In this document: piece after piece, positions 11,889 through 22,986 of the stretch
Position numbering within the stretch: position 1 is the stretch's first letter
How the letters are laid out: each line of letters starts with the position of its first letter
Assembly (NCBI GenBank): GCA_963837175.1
Contig: CAWIMJ010000050.1
Coordinates: forward strand, 160,001 to 224,000
DNA from: an uncultured Nitrososphaeraceae archaeon
GTDB lineage: Archaea > Thermoproteota > Nitrososphaeria > Nitrososphaerales > Nitrososphaeraceae
DNA: 64,000 bases
Reading direction: 5' to 3'
Notes under the pieces: model-generated
What the model was told of the DNA's origin: nothing
Databases searched by the model: none
What the model saw: only the letters and a program-made list of their open reading frames with translations
Translations under genes and position numbers: made by a program

Positions 11889-12515
11889 ATGGACCCATTG
11901 GATAAAGCAATTCTTGCTTCATTATATGTAAGCACGTTAGAGCCTCAGATATCATCATTTGATAGAATCAAGCATAGATTACCAATAGGAAAGGAATTCT
12001 ACAGATTAAAAGTTCAGCAACTTTCAGAACGTGGCTTTATAGAAAAAAATGATGACTCTAGACTCAGTTTTATTGGAAGAGATGCTTTGAAGGTTGTTTT
12101 AGTTGGTGGCGTATTTGATTTGATTCATCCAGGACATATTCATACATTGAATGCGGCGAAAGCACAAGGCGATGTTCTTGTAGTAGTGGTTGCAAGGACA
12201 TCTACTGCTTTGAATATAAAGAAAGATCGAAGAATATATCATAATGAAGCATTACGAAAGGAGCTTGTATCATCTTTAAATTTAGTAGATCTTGCTGTCA
12301 TAGGAAAGGAGGGAACACTTTATGATACTGTAGAATATATCAAGCCTAATATTATTGCATTAGGTTATGACCAAGCCCATAGTGAAAAAGATATCTCGAA
12401 GAATTGTCAAGATAGAAATCTCAATATTAGAGTTATAAGATTAAATACACCACTTCCAGAAACAAAAAGCTCAAAAATCAAGGATGAACTAGGTGATTTT
12501 TTTTATAGAATTTAA
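11889..12515 (+). CDS. ribL: FAD synthase (cytidylyltransferase-like) with N-terminal extension
   Basis: GGVFDLIHPGH, LGYDQ, SS motifs; convergent with riboflavin kinase. Confidence 0.85.
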   Translation: MDPLDKAILASLYVSTLEPQISSFDRIKHRLPIGKEFYRLKVQQLSERGFIEKNDDSRLSFIGRDALKVVLVGGVFDLIHPGHIHTLNAAKAQGDVLVVVVARTSTALNIKKDRRIYHNEALRKELVSSLNLVDLAVIGKEGTLYDTVEYIKPNIIALGYDQAHSEKDISKNCQDRNLNIRVIRLNTPLPETKSSKIKDELGDFFYRI

Positions 12516-13212
12516 GGTTTTTAGAATCATTGATGTATACTTTAAGGCTAATCGGGTCGCCATTTTGAACTCCAATCGATTGCTTAATAGAACATGGTGC
12601 AATAACTTCTAACATACTATCATCGTAATGCGTCCGTTCTAATAGCAGTACGGCAGCATTCATTAATGCATTATTATTAATAACGGCCAAATAACATTTA
12701 GCCCATCCATAGGTACGAGTATTGTCACTAAAACCTTCGATGAAAATGGAGGGAAATTTACTTAATTCTCGTTTTGCATTCCTAAATACTTGGTCTACAA
12801 GTTTCACATTCAATGTGCCTGGATAGGGGTTGTAACCGAGCTTATTTTTGAATTGTTTACGGTATCCATCCAACGACATATAGTATGCACCTTCGCCCAT
12901 TCCAGAAATAACTTTGCCTTCGAAAGCAAGGGTATCAGGAACAGATTCAACAGCAGACTTTATAATAGATAATAAACTCTCGATTTCAATACAACCTTTA
13001 TCTGTAATTCTAACCCGAAATTTTTGGCCATTTCTAAAACGTTCAACGTATCCTACATCTTCTAGCTCCAAAAGATGTTTGGAGACTGCTTGTTGTGATC
13101 TTTTTATTGCTTTAGCTAGATCAGTTGTAGTGACCTCTACAAAATTATGGCGGCCTCCTAACATTAAAATCTGTATTATAGTGAGTATGTGCTGTAACTT
13201 TAGATCTACCAT
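12478..13212 (-). CDS. ribK: CTP-dependent riboflavin kinase with N-terminal HTH (RbkR type)
   Basis: HTH SQQAVSKHLLELE; SGMGEGAYY, PYPGTLN, LEVIAP. Confidence 0.92.
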   Translation of the reverse strand: MVDLKLQHILTIIQILMLGGRHNFVEVTTTDLAKAIKRSQQAVSKHLLELEDVGYVERFRNGQKFRVRITDKGCIEIESLLSIIKSAVESVPDTLAFEGKVISGMGEGAYYMSLDGYRKQFKNKLGYNPYPGTLNVKLVDQVFRNAKRELSKFPSIFIEGFSDNTRTYGWAKCYLAVINNNALMNAAVLLLERTHYDDSMLEVIAPCSIKQSIGVQNGDPISLKVYINDSKNLKFYKKNHLVHP

Positions 13213-13217
13213 TCTAA

Positions 13218-14477
13218 TTAGTTGGTGATTCCCATGTCATCAAAAGTTCGAACTCTAATGTCAGTAGACTTTTTAATCTCGCCAGTTCTATGGCCAATTA
13301 TATATTCTATTCCCACTTTATCCGCCGCTTCAACTAATCTCTGTGTAACAATGCCGTCAAGTACCAAGAATTTAGCTCCTTCTGTACTATCAAGTTTCTT
13401 CACGACGTCGGATACTGGTATCTTAAGGAGTGTCTTCAATGAACTATCCAATATGATTGCCTCTAGAGTTTCGTTAATCTGAGGATAAACCTCTTTTACA
13501 ACCGAAAGAATCTCGGGCATATCATTATGTGCATTATCATTAGCAATAGCCTCTATCTGCTGTTGTTGGTCGTCTCTGTCAAATTGAGTCTGTTTCTCAT
13601 GCTTCTGTGATTGTCTATGATTTGATTGTCTTTGAGGAAGTGGTTGTGATTGTTGTCCATTAGTAGATACAAAAGGTATAGCTTCTTTTAATATGTCTGC
13701 GATTTCAAGAGGAGTACACTCTTCAACTTCTCTACCAGAAGGAGCTCTTAGGACTTTATCGATTTGTACAAGTCCTTGCAACTCTTTAAGTATTAAATCG
13801 CCAGCTCTATCTCCATCTAAAAATGCAATAACTTTTTTGCCTTCTGTGAGTCTGGTGACTGTCTCATCTATTTTTGCACCCTCAATAGCAATTGCATTAT
13901 CAAAGCCAGCCCGTAAGAGATTAATAACGTCTGCCCTGCCTTCGACTAGTATTATCCAATCAGAATCGAAAACCCCCGTACCACAAGCAAGCTGAGCTTT
14001 ACCAAAAGCAGTAAGTTTACCTGGTTTGGTCGCATCATAAACATCTTTGAGCATTTCTTCGCCTTCACTGATTGTCTTTGTAGCCCATTCTTGCACAATT
14101 TTTTTGGCACGGTCAACAATGACCTTTTTCTTTATTGCTCGAATATCATCAATACCGACCAATGCAAACTTGGCTTGAAATGGTCCTACTTTGTCGATAC
14201 TTTCAATTGCTGCAGCAATCAGTGCTGCAGTTGAAATATCTGTGCTCATAGGAATTAAAGCATCTCCTTTTGCCATGTTTGGTTTTGTATCTACATTGAC
14301 TTCTATTCTACCAACCTTAGAAACTTTCTGCAATTCGTTTAAATTCATTTCGGGTCCCAAAAGACCTTCTGTCTGTCCAAAAATGGCGCCGATGATATCG
14401 GCCTTTTCAACCAATCCATCAACTTCGAATCTTAATTTAACGTGATACTTGACAATACCTGTGCTAGGCAATTTCAT
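13218..14477 (-). CDS. dnaG: Archaeal DnaG (Toprim, exosome-associated)
   Basis: GAIFGQTEGLLG, VEGRADV, FLDGDRAG, DGIVTQRL. Confidence 0.95.
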   Translation of the reverse strand: MKLPSTGIVKYHVKLRFEVDGLVEKADIIGAIFGQTEGLLGPEMNLNELQKVSKVGRIEVNVDTKPNMAKGDALIPMSTDISTAALIAAAIESIDKVGPFQAKFALVGIDDIRAIKKKVIVDRAKKIVQEWATKTISEGEEMLKDVYDATKPGKLTAFGKAQLACGTGVFDSDWIILVEGRADVINLLRAGFDNAIAIEGAKIDETVTRLTEGKKVIAFLDGDRAGDLILKELQGLVQIDKVLRAPSGREVEECTPLEIADILKEAIPFVSTNGQQSQPLPQRQSNHRQSQKHEKQTQFDRDDQQQQIEAIANDNAHNDMPEILSVVKEVYPQINETLEAIILDSSLKTLLKIPVSDVVKKLDSTEGAKFLVLDGIVTQRLVEAADKVGIEYIIGHRTGEIKKSTDIRVRTFDDMGITN

Positions 14478-14609
14478 AACCTCATATTTACTATTAAGTA
14501 AAGTTAAAATGGTCTGGCTTGAATATAAGTGCTTTGACGTATCTTCATAGAATTAACTAAATAATAGTGTCTGAGCATTTGCTACTGAACACGTTAATTA
14601 AGTGTAATT

Positions 14610-15047
14610 TCATATGTAAAAGTAAAGGTCTTTTCGTGAGCCAGTAATTCCTGACAGATGAGGTGCATAAGTTATAAGGTCTTCAACATGTCTAACCTTT
14701 CCATTAGTAATTTTTGCCAAGCTTCTTTTGTAGAATAAAGTGACATTGTTTCCTTTACACTGAAGCCGAGTCACTAACTTGCTGGTTAATTGTTTGCCTT
14801 TTTTGTCCATATCAAGGAGAAGAATAATTTTCTTTCTATTTAGATGGTAATTATCAACAAAATCAGTTATACCTCTAAAATGATGGAATACCGTTACATT
14901 ACCATTAAATCCTACACGACTAAGTGCCGCTACATCTCTCTTTCCTTCGACAACTATGACGGAACCATTCTGCGATTCCTCGTTAAGCATGTCAATATAT
15001 TCCCGTAGATGGTCAATTATGTCGCTGTCTATGGAACGATAACCCAT
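14610..15047 (-). CDS. Stand-alone Toprim domain protein (RNase M5-like)
   Basis: IVVEGKRD and LLLDMDKKG. Confidence 0.85.
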   Translation of the reverse strand: MGYRSIDSDIIDHLREYIDMLNEESQNGSVIVVEGKRDVAALSRVGFNGNVTVFHHFRGITDFVDNYHLNRKKIILLLDMDKKGKQLTSKLVTRLQCKGNNVTLFYKRSLAKITNGKVRHVEDLITYAPHLSGITGSRKDLYFYI

Positions 15048-15390
15048 TGTTGAAATAATAAAGATAACAAGATTTAACTATTATTGTTATTTACTTTTCT
15101 AAGCAATATTATATTACATTTGATAATCAAGATGATCAAATGCACAGGATTTAAATAAATATAAACAATGGATAGAATATTTATAATACCGCTGTAATTT
15201 AGTATTTTTGATTAACAATGTTTTAGCTGATATTTTTTAATCATCCTTTAAAGTAGGGGTTCATTATTTTGCAATTTCTGTTGATTTGCTCGAGGATGTA
15301 CTATTTTGACGAAAGCACTTAATTTCTTTTGAGATTAATAGAAGGCGGACGAATTAAACATTTAATTCTAGTTGGATCCAACAAAGAACA

Positions 15391-15739
15391 ATGACATTAT
15401 CTAGCATGATAATGAATATCGGTGGGTCGGAATGGGCCATCATAATAATTTTAGGTCTTATTTTAGTATTTGGACCTAAGAAATTACCTGAACTCTCCAG
15501 AACTTTCGGAAAAGCATCAGGGGAATTTGAAAAAGCTAAAGAATTATTCAGACTAGAGCAGGAAAATATGAAAAAACATGCTAATCAGAACGAGTATTTT
15601 ATGGGGCCAAAAATCTTAGGACCAGTTACGTCTCAACGAGAAAAGCTCGAGGAAATAGCTGAGATCACTTGATATAGAATATATAGGCAAGACTGATGAT
15701 GAGTTACGTTTTCAGATTACAGAAAAAATACATAGCTAA
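15391..15739 (+). CDS. tatA: Twin-arginine translocase TatA/E subunit, +1 frameshift near 15661
   Basis: IGGSEW-TM-FGPKKLPELSRTFGKA; the tail continues in another frame as RSLDIEYIGKTDDELRFQITEKIHS*. Confidence 0.85.
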
Positions 15740-15886
15740 GTAGTTGTAGAAATTGTATTAAATATATGAAAAGAGCATTTAGTTGATATTTTGAAATTAG
15801 TTACTCCATCTCCTCATTTTAATCTGTTTGTAGTCATTTTCACTAGATATAACACTTAAATATATCACAATTTCCAACCCATTGTA

Positions 15887-17152
15887 ATGTCTACTACTAC
15901 TCCTGCACTAATAAATCCATTTGAGACAGCTTTGAAACAGCTTGCCGAAGCTGCTAAGCTAATTAACCTAGATAGCGGTATGCATGAGGTTATAGCACAT
16001 CCAAAAAGGGTTCTTACTGTTGCTATTCCTACTAAAATGGATAATGGAGAGATCAAAGTCTTTACTGGGTTTAGATCCCAACATAATGATGCTCGTGGAC
16101 CTTTCAAAGGAGGTATCCGATATCATCCCCAAGTGAGTATTGATGAAGTCAAGGCACTTTCGATGTGGATGACTTGGAAATGTGCGATAGCAGATCTCCC
16201 GTATGGAGGAGGTAAGGGAGGTATCATCTGCAATCCAAAGGAGATGTCCGAAGGCGAGCTTGAGCGTATGACGAGACGTTATGCTTATGGAATTTCTGAT
16301 ATTATTGGACCGCATGTAGATATTCCTGCTCCTGATGTTTACACTGGTGGCAAAGAAATGGCTTGGATTATGGATACCTATTCGGCGCTTAAGGGAAATT
16401 TTGTCCAACCAGAAGTTATTACAGGTAAGCCTCTTGCAATTGGTGGTTCTCTTGGCAGGAATGAGGCAACCGGTCGTGGCTTATCTTTTACTATACGAGA
16501 GGCGGCCAAAAAACTACAAATTGATATGAAAACGGCTACAGTAGTTGTACAGGGATTCGGTAATGCAGGTCAGTTTGCTGCTCAGCTTTTGGAAGAGCAA
16601 GGTGCAAAAATTATAGGTGTGTCGGATTCGCAGGGAGGAGTTTATAATAAAAATGGTATCCAAGTAGGGAGTTTGAGGAGACATAAAGAAAAAAAGAATT
16701 CGGTCGTAGGTTTCGCTGGGACCAAATCCATCAGCAATGAAGATTTGCTAGAACAAGAATGTACTATATTGATACCAGCAGCTCTCGAAAGTCAAATTAC
16801 CAAGAAGAATGCGGGAAAAATTAATCCAAAAATAATTGCAGAAGCAGCTAATGGTCCTACTACGATTGAGGCTGATGACATTTTATACCAACATAATATA
16901 TTAGTAATTCCAGATATCCTCGCCAACGGAGGAGGTGTTACAGTTTCCTATTTTGAATGGTTACAGAACCTAAGGAGAGAATATTGGTCTGAGAATGAAG
17001 TAAATGAAAGGCTTGATATAAACATTACAAAGGCGTTCAATGATGTTTATGATGTATATGAGAAATATAAGGTCAATATGCGGAAGGCAAGTACACTATT
17101 AGCTGTAAATAGAGTTGTCGAAGCGACAAAAATTAGAGGATTATGGCCTTAG
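15887..17152 (+). CDS. gdhA: Glutamate dehydrogenase
   Basis: GPFKGGIRYHP, GGGKGG, PAPDV, QGFGNAG, EAANGPTT. Confidence 0.97.
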   Translation: MSTTTPALINPFETALKQLAEAAKLINLDSGMHEVIAHPKRVLTVAIPTKMDNGEIKVFTGFRSQHNDARGPFKGGIRYHPQVSIDEVKALSMWMTWKCAIADLPYGGGKGGIICNPKEMSEGELERMTRRYAYGISDIIGPHVDIPAPDVYTGGKEMAWIMDTYSALKGNFVQPEVITGKPLAIGGSLGRNEATGRGLSFTIREAAKKLQIDMKTATVVVQGFGNAGQFAAQLLEEQGAKIIGVSDSQGGVYNKNGIQVGSLRRHKEKKNSVVGFAGTKSISNEDLLEQECTILIPAALESQITKKNAGKINPKIIAEAANGPTTIEADDILYQHNILVIPDILANGGGVTVSYFEWLQNLRREYWSENEVNERLDINITKAFNDVYDVYEKYKVNMRKASTLLAVNRVVEATKIRGLWP

Positions 17153-17244
17153 TTATCACTATCTAAGTTAAATAACAGAGAGAGAGAAAAGGATTGATGC
17201 TACATAAGGAAGTAAAGGACAATAGTCGATAATCCTTGGCTGGC

Positions 17245-17595
17245 TTATTCAGTAGAGAATGAATGTCCACAAGAACAGCTTTTGGTGACATTAGGATTAT
17301 TGATCTTGAAACCAGAACCCATCAAACTGTCGATATAATCAATATTTGCGCCTTTTAGATAGTTTTGGCTATAGCTATCAATCAATACTTTGACTCCATT
17401 TTGTTCAAGTACTTTATCGTCCTCGTCTGCCTTTTCTTCAAAACCCATACCATAAGACAAACCAGAGCAGCCACCTCCAGATACATAAACTCTAAGAAGC
17501 AAATTATCCTTGCCTTCTTGTTTCATGAATTCAACAACTTTCTCTGCTGCCTTTGATGTAATGGTTACGATTTGACTTTGTTGTGTAGTTTCCAT
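17245..17595 (-). CDS. A-type Fe-S carrier (HesB/IscA/ErpA)
   Basis: GGCSG and CSCGHSF. Confidence 0.95.
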   Translation of the reverse strand: METTQQSQIVTITSKAAEKVVEFMKQEGKDNLLLRVYVSGGGCSGLSYGMGFEEKADEDDKVLEQNGVKVLIDSYSQNYLKGANIDYIDSLMGSGFKINNPNVTKSCSCGHSFSTE

Positions 17596-17692
17596 TGCTA
17601 TATCTACATTTCACAAAAAAGCATAATAAGTTTTTCCCCCAAAAAATACGCAGGAACATAAATATAATAATGAATTTCTAATGCCAAGTTGC

Positions 17693-19815
17693 TTATAATT
17701 GACCTCTAACCGTTGACCATTTTGCTAGACTTCCTGCCGCTGTAATCCAGCTAGTTACAGAGTGGTAGGCAGGGACATTAGAATCTTCTATTTGCTTGGA
17801 TATCTTGTGAGTGAACGGACCTCCCATGGCTCCCACTAGTATAGGTTTTCTCTTTTGCTTTTGGAATGTTGCGAGAACATCAACTATGCTTTCTTCTAGA
17901 GGGTCATCCTGGAATACAAACCAGGGCATAATGATATCGACGTTCTCATCATCCATGAAGGCCTGAATAGCAAATTTATAATCATCAGAATTTGCGGAAC
18001 CTGTAATATCACATGGATTACCAATTACATATGTTGTAGGATAATGCTCTTTAAAGGAGTTTAATGTTTGATCACTGAGTTGTGCAAGTCTGCAATCCGA
18101 GTCTTTCGAACTGGTCAATAGCTCGCTATTATCGGACCAGCACCATTTGTTACCATTGCTACTTTATTACCCTTCGGAATAGGCTGCCATGTTAGAGCTT
18201 TAAGAGAACCAGTAAGTTCTTCATAACTATCCACAGAAATGATTCCCACTTGGTCAAAAGAACCCTTAACAATATTATAAGAACCACCGAGTGAACCCGT
18301 ATGTGAAGCTGCCTGTTTAGCTCCCCTATCCGTCCTACCGTTCTTGAATACTACAATGGGTTTGTTCTTTTCTCTGATTACATTCTTTGCAGTATTAATG
18401 AACTTACGACCATCCCCAAGTCCCTCGACGTACAATCCTATCACTTTTGTTTGAGGATCCTCTGAAAGATACCAGATCATATCCGCTTCATCAACATCGG
18501 ATCTATTTCCATAAGAGATCATCTTGCTCATTCCAAATGCATCAGAAGTTTCCATGAAAGCAATACCTACAGTTCCGCTCTGCGAAAGGAAAGCGACTTC
18601 ACCGTTCCTTGGTCTTAGCATTCTGTGATGGCCTTGGAACGCACAGTCCAATCGATTTTCACCATTAAATATACCTATACAGTTAGGTCCAATAATCCTA
18701 ATCTTTAATTGATTTGATAATTCTTTTATTTGCTGTTCAATATCCGCGCGTTCTCCGCCTAGTTCTTTTCCTCCTCCCGAAATGATGACCATGTTATGAA
18801 TCCCTTTTTTTCCGGAACTCTTAAGAAGATCTGGAACGTATTTGAGATCAACTGTAACAATAACAATATCTATTGGTTCGTTAATCTCATCTAGGCTTTT
18901 ATACGCTTTGATGCCCATTATTTCTGGATATCCTTTAGCATTTACCGGAAATACCTTTCCTTTATAATCATGTTTTACCAAGCTTTCTAATACAGAGTTT
19001 CCCACCTTCCCTATTTCTGGAGAAGCCCCAATTAATGCTACAGATCGCGCATTGAAGAATAGATCCATATGACTTGAATCGGGAAGCGATTTTGAAATTG
19101 CTTCAGGGTTTGGCTTTTCTCTTAGGATCATCTTTGCGTCAACCACATAATAGTCGTTAGGATATACTATGACTGGATTAAAATCAATGCTTTCATAATA
19201 GGCTGCCATATCTGTGCCAAGCCTGCCGATCTTTACAAGTGCATTACTTAGCATTTCTATGTCTATCGGTTCAGCTCCTCTGAAACCCTTCAATATTTGC
19301 TTTCCTCTCAAATCTTCAATCATAGAAGTAGCTTCAGCATTTGTAATAGGAAGAATCCTAAAAACTACATCTTTGAAAATTTCTGTGTAAATGCCACCTA
19401 GACCTACCATGATAACGGGTCCAAATTGAGAATCATTCTGCAAGCCTACAATCAGTTCAATACCCTGTGTAACCATTCTTTCAAGGAGTACACCTTTAAC
19501 TTTGTACTGCTTGGACAGTCTGGTGTATAAATCCTCGAAAGTTTGACGAACCTCTGCTTCTGACTTCAGGCCAACTCGAATTCCACCTACGTCAGTTTTG
19601 TGCAAAATTTGGGGAGAAACTATTTTTGCCACCAAGGGATATCCTAGTTCTTTTGCCTTGTTAACCGCTTCATCTGCATTAGCGACTAAGGCGTATCTGG
19701 GCACCCTTATTTCATATTCAGACAAAATCTCTTTGGCTGATTCTTCTGTTATTACTTTATCTTTACTTGAAATAATGTCGTCAAAAATCCTTTGAACCTT
19801 GGTCTTATCATACAT
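17693..19815 (-). CDS. ADP-forming acyl-CoA synthetase, likely 3-hydroxypropionyl-CoA synthetase of the HP/HB cycle; two +1 insertions (about 18089 and 18124)
   Basis: ATP-grasp domain first (HKTDVGG), then CoA-binding and ligase domains (GPNCIG, SQSG, SHTGSL), the order I recall for Nmar_1309. Repairing both sites gives [23 protein letters not shown]. Confidence 0.88.
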
Positions 19816-20445
19816 TCAATTGTCTACAGGAAATACTTTTCAGCTTCTAATTAACTTTGCGCGGCTATAAATATAGTAGAGAAAATTTTTCTCAATAAGT
19901 AAAAAAAGGATAATATTTGTTTTATCTGTATTAATTTCAAACACTTATTATCTGTTATGTATATTTTTTGACCTATCGCGGCATTTGCTATTTTTGTTCT
20001 TGTTGTTGGCATACCACTTCCTTTATCCTATGAGTAATTTTGTTCTTGTGCAGATGTGTGATAGCGGAAATACTTCCATTCTGTTCATTAGGAGGTTGCC
20101 TAGTATCAAGATTTAATTTTTTATGTACAGATTTATTTCTAACGATAAACAAGACGATTAAATTTTTATTCTTCATTGTACATCAAAATATGAAAATTCG
20201 TTAAACAAATAATACCTACTTATAGATAGTATTTTCATAGCTTCATTTTAATTGCAAAAGCTGATTAGTTGTTATTATGTTATTATTAAAGTGTTAATTA
20301 ATTTATTATAATGGGTATATTTGATCCTTCTATCTATACAGTGATATTCCCTTACTTATTTATAGCAAGTTTTCCCATCTTTGGGATAATATTGGTGACT
20401 AAATGGATATTTAGTGACAGAAAGAAGAAAGAACGTGATATGCAA

Positions 20446-21387
20446 TTAAGGAACAAGGCTCATGTAAATTAGAGTTCGCCAAGATCTTTTTTCAAATACT
20501 TGAGGATTGTGTCCTTTAACATTGACTTTTTTAGAAGCTCGTTTTGTCAAGTACAATGTGAAGGCACCTAGAGCTGTCCAGAATCGTCTATCTGGATTCA
20601 TAGTATATGAATCCAAAGCCCTCTTAGCAGCCCAATGAGCTTTGGGATGATGTTTCATAGTGTAGCCTAAGATCAGCTCTTTAGAGCTGGACAGGATATA
20701 ATGTGCATGTTGATAGACTTCTTCTTTTGAGGTATAATTTGCTTTGACGATTTTTAATTTGCCTCGTTTCATGGATTGCAAAATAGCATCGAGATCTTTC
20801 TCTGATTCCACTGCGTTTATACATCTTCCGATAGTCTGAACAATATGTGAATCACTTCCTGCTATCGATGGTATCTTCTTATGTTTGGCAAATCTCTCTG
20901 CAACAATGTTAGAAAAATGATCTATGTTGTTACTGTTAAAGGATTCAATAAGATCACAAAGTGATGCCATTTCGCGAATACCGTTGGTTACTGCGAAGGG
21001 ATGAGCAGCGCAGGAAACTGCACCTTGTCGTTTGATTTCATCTAATGTCTCTTCGAGAGTCATTCCAGCTTTTACTTCTTTGGTTAGCCCGTATGCTAAA
21101 ACATGTCCTTGATTATCTATTGTAATCTCTTCTGCTGGGTAAATAAGAATATTTTTAAACTTTTCATGGTTTTGCTGATATTCAAGTATCTGAGAATAGC
21201 CATCGAGCGTATTATGATTAGTAACAAAAAGAACTTCTATGCCTTTCTTCAAAGCTATATCTAATTGCTCTTCTATACTCACACCGCAGTCATAGGGGAC
21301 ACGTGCAGATCCATTACGATAATTGGAATACGTATTATGACAATGTAGCTCAATTTTTAGGAATTCAGTCGTGTCTTTGTACCCTAT
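20446..21387 (-). CDS. PHP-domain metallophosphoesterase, non-canonical start
   Basis: In-frame upstream of the listed GTG is IELHCH (HxH); then TNHN, EE, AHP, GSDSH. Confidence 0.85.
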   Translation of the reverse strand: MGYKDTTEFLKIELHCHNTYSNYRNGSARVPYDCGVSIEEQLDIALKKGIEVLFVTNHNTLDGYSQILEYQQNHEKFKNILIYPAEEITIDNQGHVLAYGLTKEVKAGMTLEETLDEIKRQGAVSCAAHPFAVTNGIREMASLCDLIESFNSNNIDHFSNIVAERFAKHKKIPSIAGSDSHIVQTIGRCINAVESEKDLDAILQSMKRGKLKIVKANYTSKEEVYQHAHYILSSSKELILGYTMKHHPKAHWAAKRALDSYTMNPDRRFWTALGAFTLYLTKRASKKVNVKGHNPQVFEKRSWRTLIYMSLVP

Positions 21388-21582
21388 CCGAGTTATAGAT
21401 TAACCAAATATATACTATATTAAGTGAATTGACCTATATAACTGACGATTTGGAAGATTTAGTATGACTAATCGATTATTTTATATCGACGAATGACGGT
21501 TTCCAGAATTATATTTATTGATACATATTTAATAGAATGAACAACAAATTTGTGTATTGTTTATAACTTATATTCATATCCT

Positions 21583-21813
21583 TTAGTAGGAATGATTTTC
21601 AACTTTATGTAAATGTAGGTTTTTCCATGCACTAAATGTCTTACCGCACTTTTCACAAGCATACTGTAGTTTCCTATTGTACTCTGATTTATCTGCAAGC
21701 ATGGATTTATTTTTCTGATTTGAGTATTGGTTTGTAATTCTATGGTATCCAGTCTTCAAGTTGTATCGTACCAGTCGTTTTGGAATTCTAACCAATTGAT
21801 TCTCGCTAAACAT
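21583..21813 (-). CDS. C2H2 zinc-finger protein
   Basis: YACEKCGKTF...LHLHKVENH. Confidence 0.75.
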   Translation of the reverse strand: MFSENQLVRIPKRLVRYNLKTGYHRITNQYSNQKNKSMLADKSEYNRKLQYACEKCGKTFSAWKNLHLHKVENHSY

Positions 21814-21928
21814 ATATCTATATAAGGACGTTTGGTATATAAGATAATTTAATAATTGTTTTCATAGACACGTAGAATCCAGTTGAGCAGTTTGATATTG
21901 ATATTGATATTGGTTATGTATCAAAATC

Positions 21929-22630
21929 TTATTTATGAGCAGATACAATGATGGCACCCCCCATCATTGCTTTATCAAACTCCACTCTCGAAAACTTTTC
22001 GCATAAAAGAGCAAATAATTCAGAGTTACGTGGCCATCGAACATAAGTACCGTAGAGTGTCTTAAATCTTAATCCTGATTTTCCTGCAGCAGCAAAAGCG
22101 AGTACCTTAAGAATATACTTTAGATAAAAAGAAACACCTGCTCTTATAATCAGGTTGTCAGGCTTTCCTATATCAACTATAATTATACGACCCTCTAACT
22201 TTAAAACCCTGTATGCTTCTGCAATCGCTTGCTTTAATTCAATTGAATCCCTTAATGAATAACCATACATTACTACATCGAATACCTCGTTTTGGAAAGG
22301 CAGATATTCAAAAACCCCCGAGGAAGCGTATTGTGGTATGTTATGACTAAAAAAATTTCTTGCCTTTGTCAACATATCAAGGATGGGATCATACATGATA
22401 ACTTTACTGCTGTCCCTTACTTCGTTTAATGCAAGCTTAGTCATATTTCCAAAACCAGAACCAGCATCTAATATCGTCTCTCCTGGAAAAATATGACCCT
22501 TTATCGCTCTTAGACGAAAATCATTGTCTCTACCAAATGAGATTGCCCTGTTAACTTTGTCGTAGTCATGAATTATCATGCGCAATACTTCTATTACTTC
22601 CCTCCAATAAGCAGGACCTAGACCTGACAA
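21929..22630 (-). CDS. UbiE/MenG-like SAM-dependent methyltransferase
   Basis: YDKVNRAISFG, ILDAGSGFG, LPFQNEVFD, EAYRVLK. Confidence 0.88.
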   Translation of the reverse strand: MSGLGPAYWREVIEVLRMIIHDYDKVNRAISFGRDNDFRLRAIKGHIFPGETILDAGSGFGNMTKLALNEVRDSSKVIMYDPILDMLTKARNFFSHNIPQYASSGVFEYLPFQNEVFDVVMYGYSLRDSIELKQAIAEAYRVLKLEGRIIIVDIGKPDNLIIRAGVSFYLKYILKVLAFAAAGKSGLRFKTLYGTYVRWPRNSELFALLCEKFSRVEFDKAMMGGAIIVSAHK

Positions 22631-22986
22631 CTTTGAATGTTTTAATTATCAATTTTCGATCTTATTATCAGTTATTATTAGAATGGATGTCACCGAGTCT
22701 GTTCAATATAATTTATAAGTATGAAATTTTCTCGTTTAAAATTAGTAAGGAATAAGAATAAACCCAACCAGTAATATAAGTTGAAATAAAAATTATTCTT
22801 TAGTAATTAAAAGTATGATTTAGAGTAAGTTTATCACCACAACAGAATTTCACCATTTAACTATTCATTATTATCATGCTCACCCAGTCCAAAAGTACCA
22901 ACGTAAATATGGTGACATTTAAAGCCTTTAGATGGTAAAAAATGGCATATAAGACCAAAGTTTATATCCAGCTACGCTAAATATAC

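Noticed and set aside
12478-12515. Convergent 3' overlaps (ribL/ribK; also 642-673 and 62045-62079) as antisense regulation
   Set aside because: Short tail-to-tail overlaps are common in archaea; no further evidence
13540-13670. Gln-rich insert in DnaG as an intein or mobile insertion
   Set aside because: No intein termini; lies in the variable linker between Toprim and C-terminal domains
642-19815. Calling pit, CDF, tatA and the acyl-CoA synthetase pseudogenes or programmed frameshifts
   Set aside because: Both halves are otherwise intact, no slippery heptamers are present, and the lesions track AGCT; sequencing artefact is more likely
21893-21912. (TTGATA)x3 and the CAGTGTTGG duplication near 7965
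   Set aside because: Short slippage repeats with no supporting context
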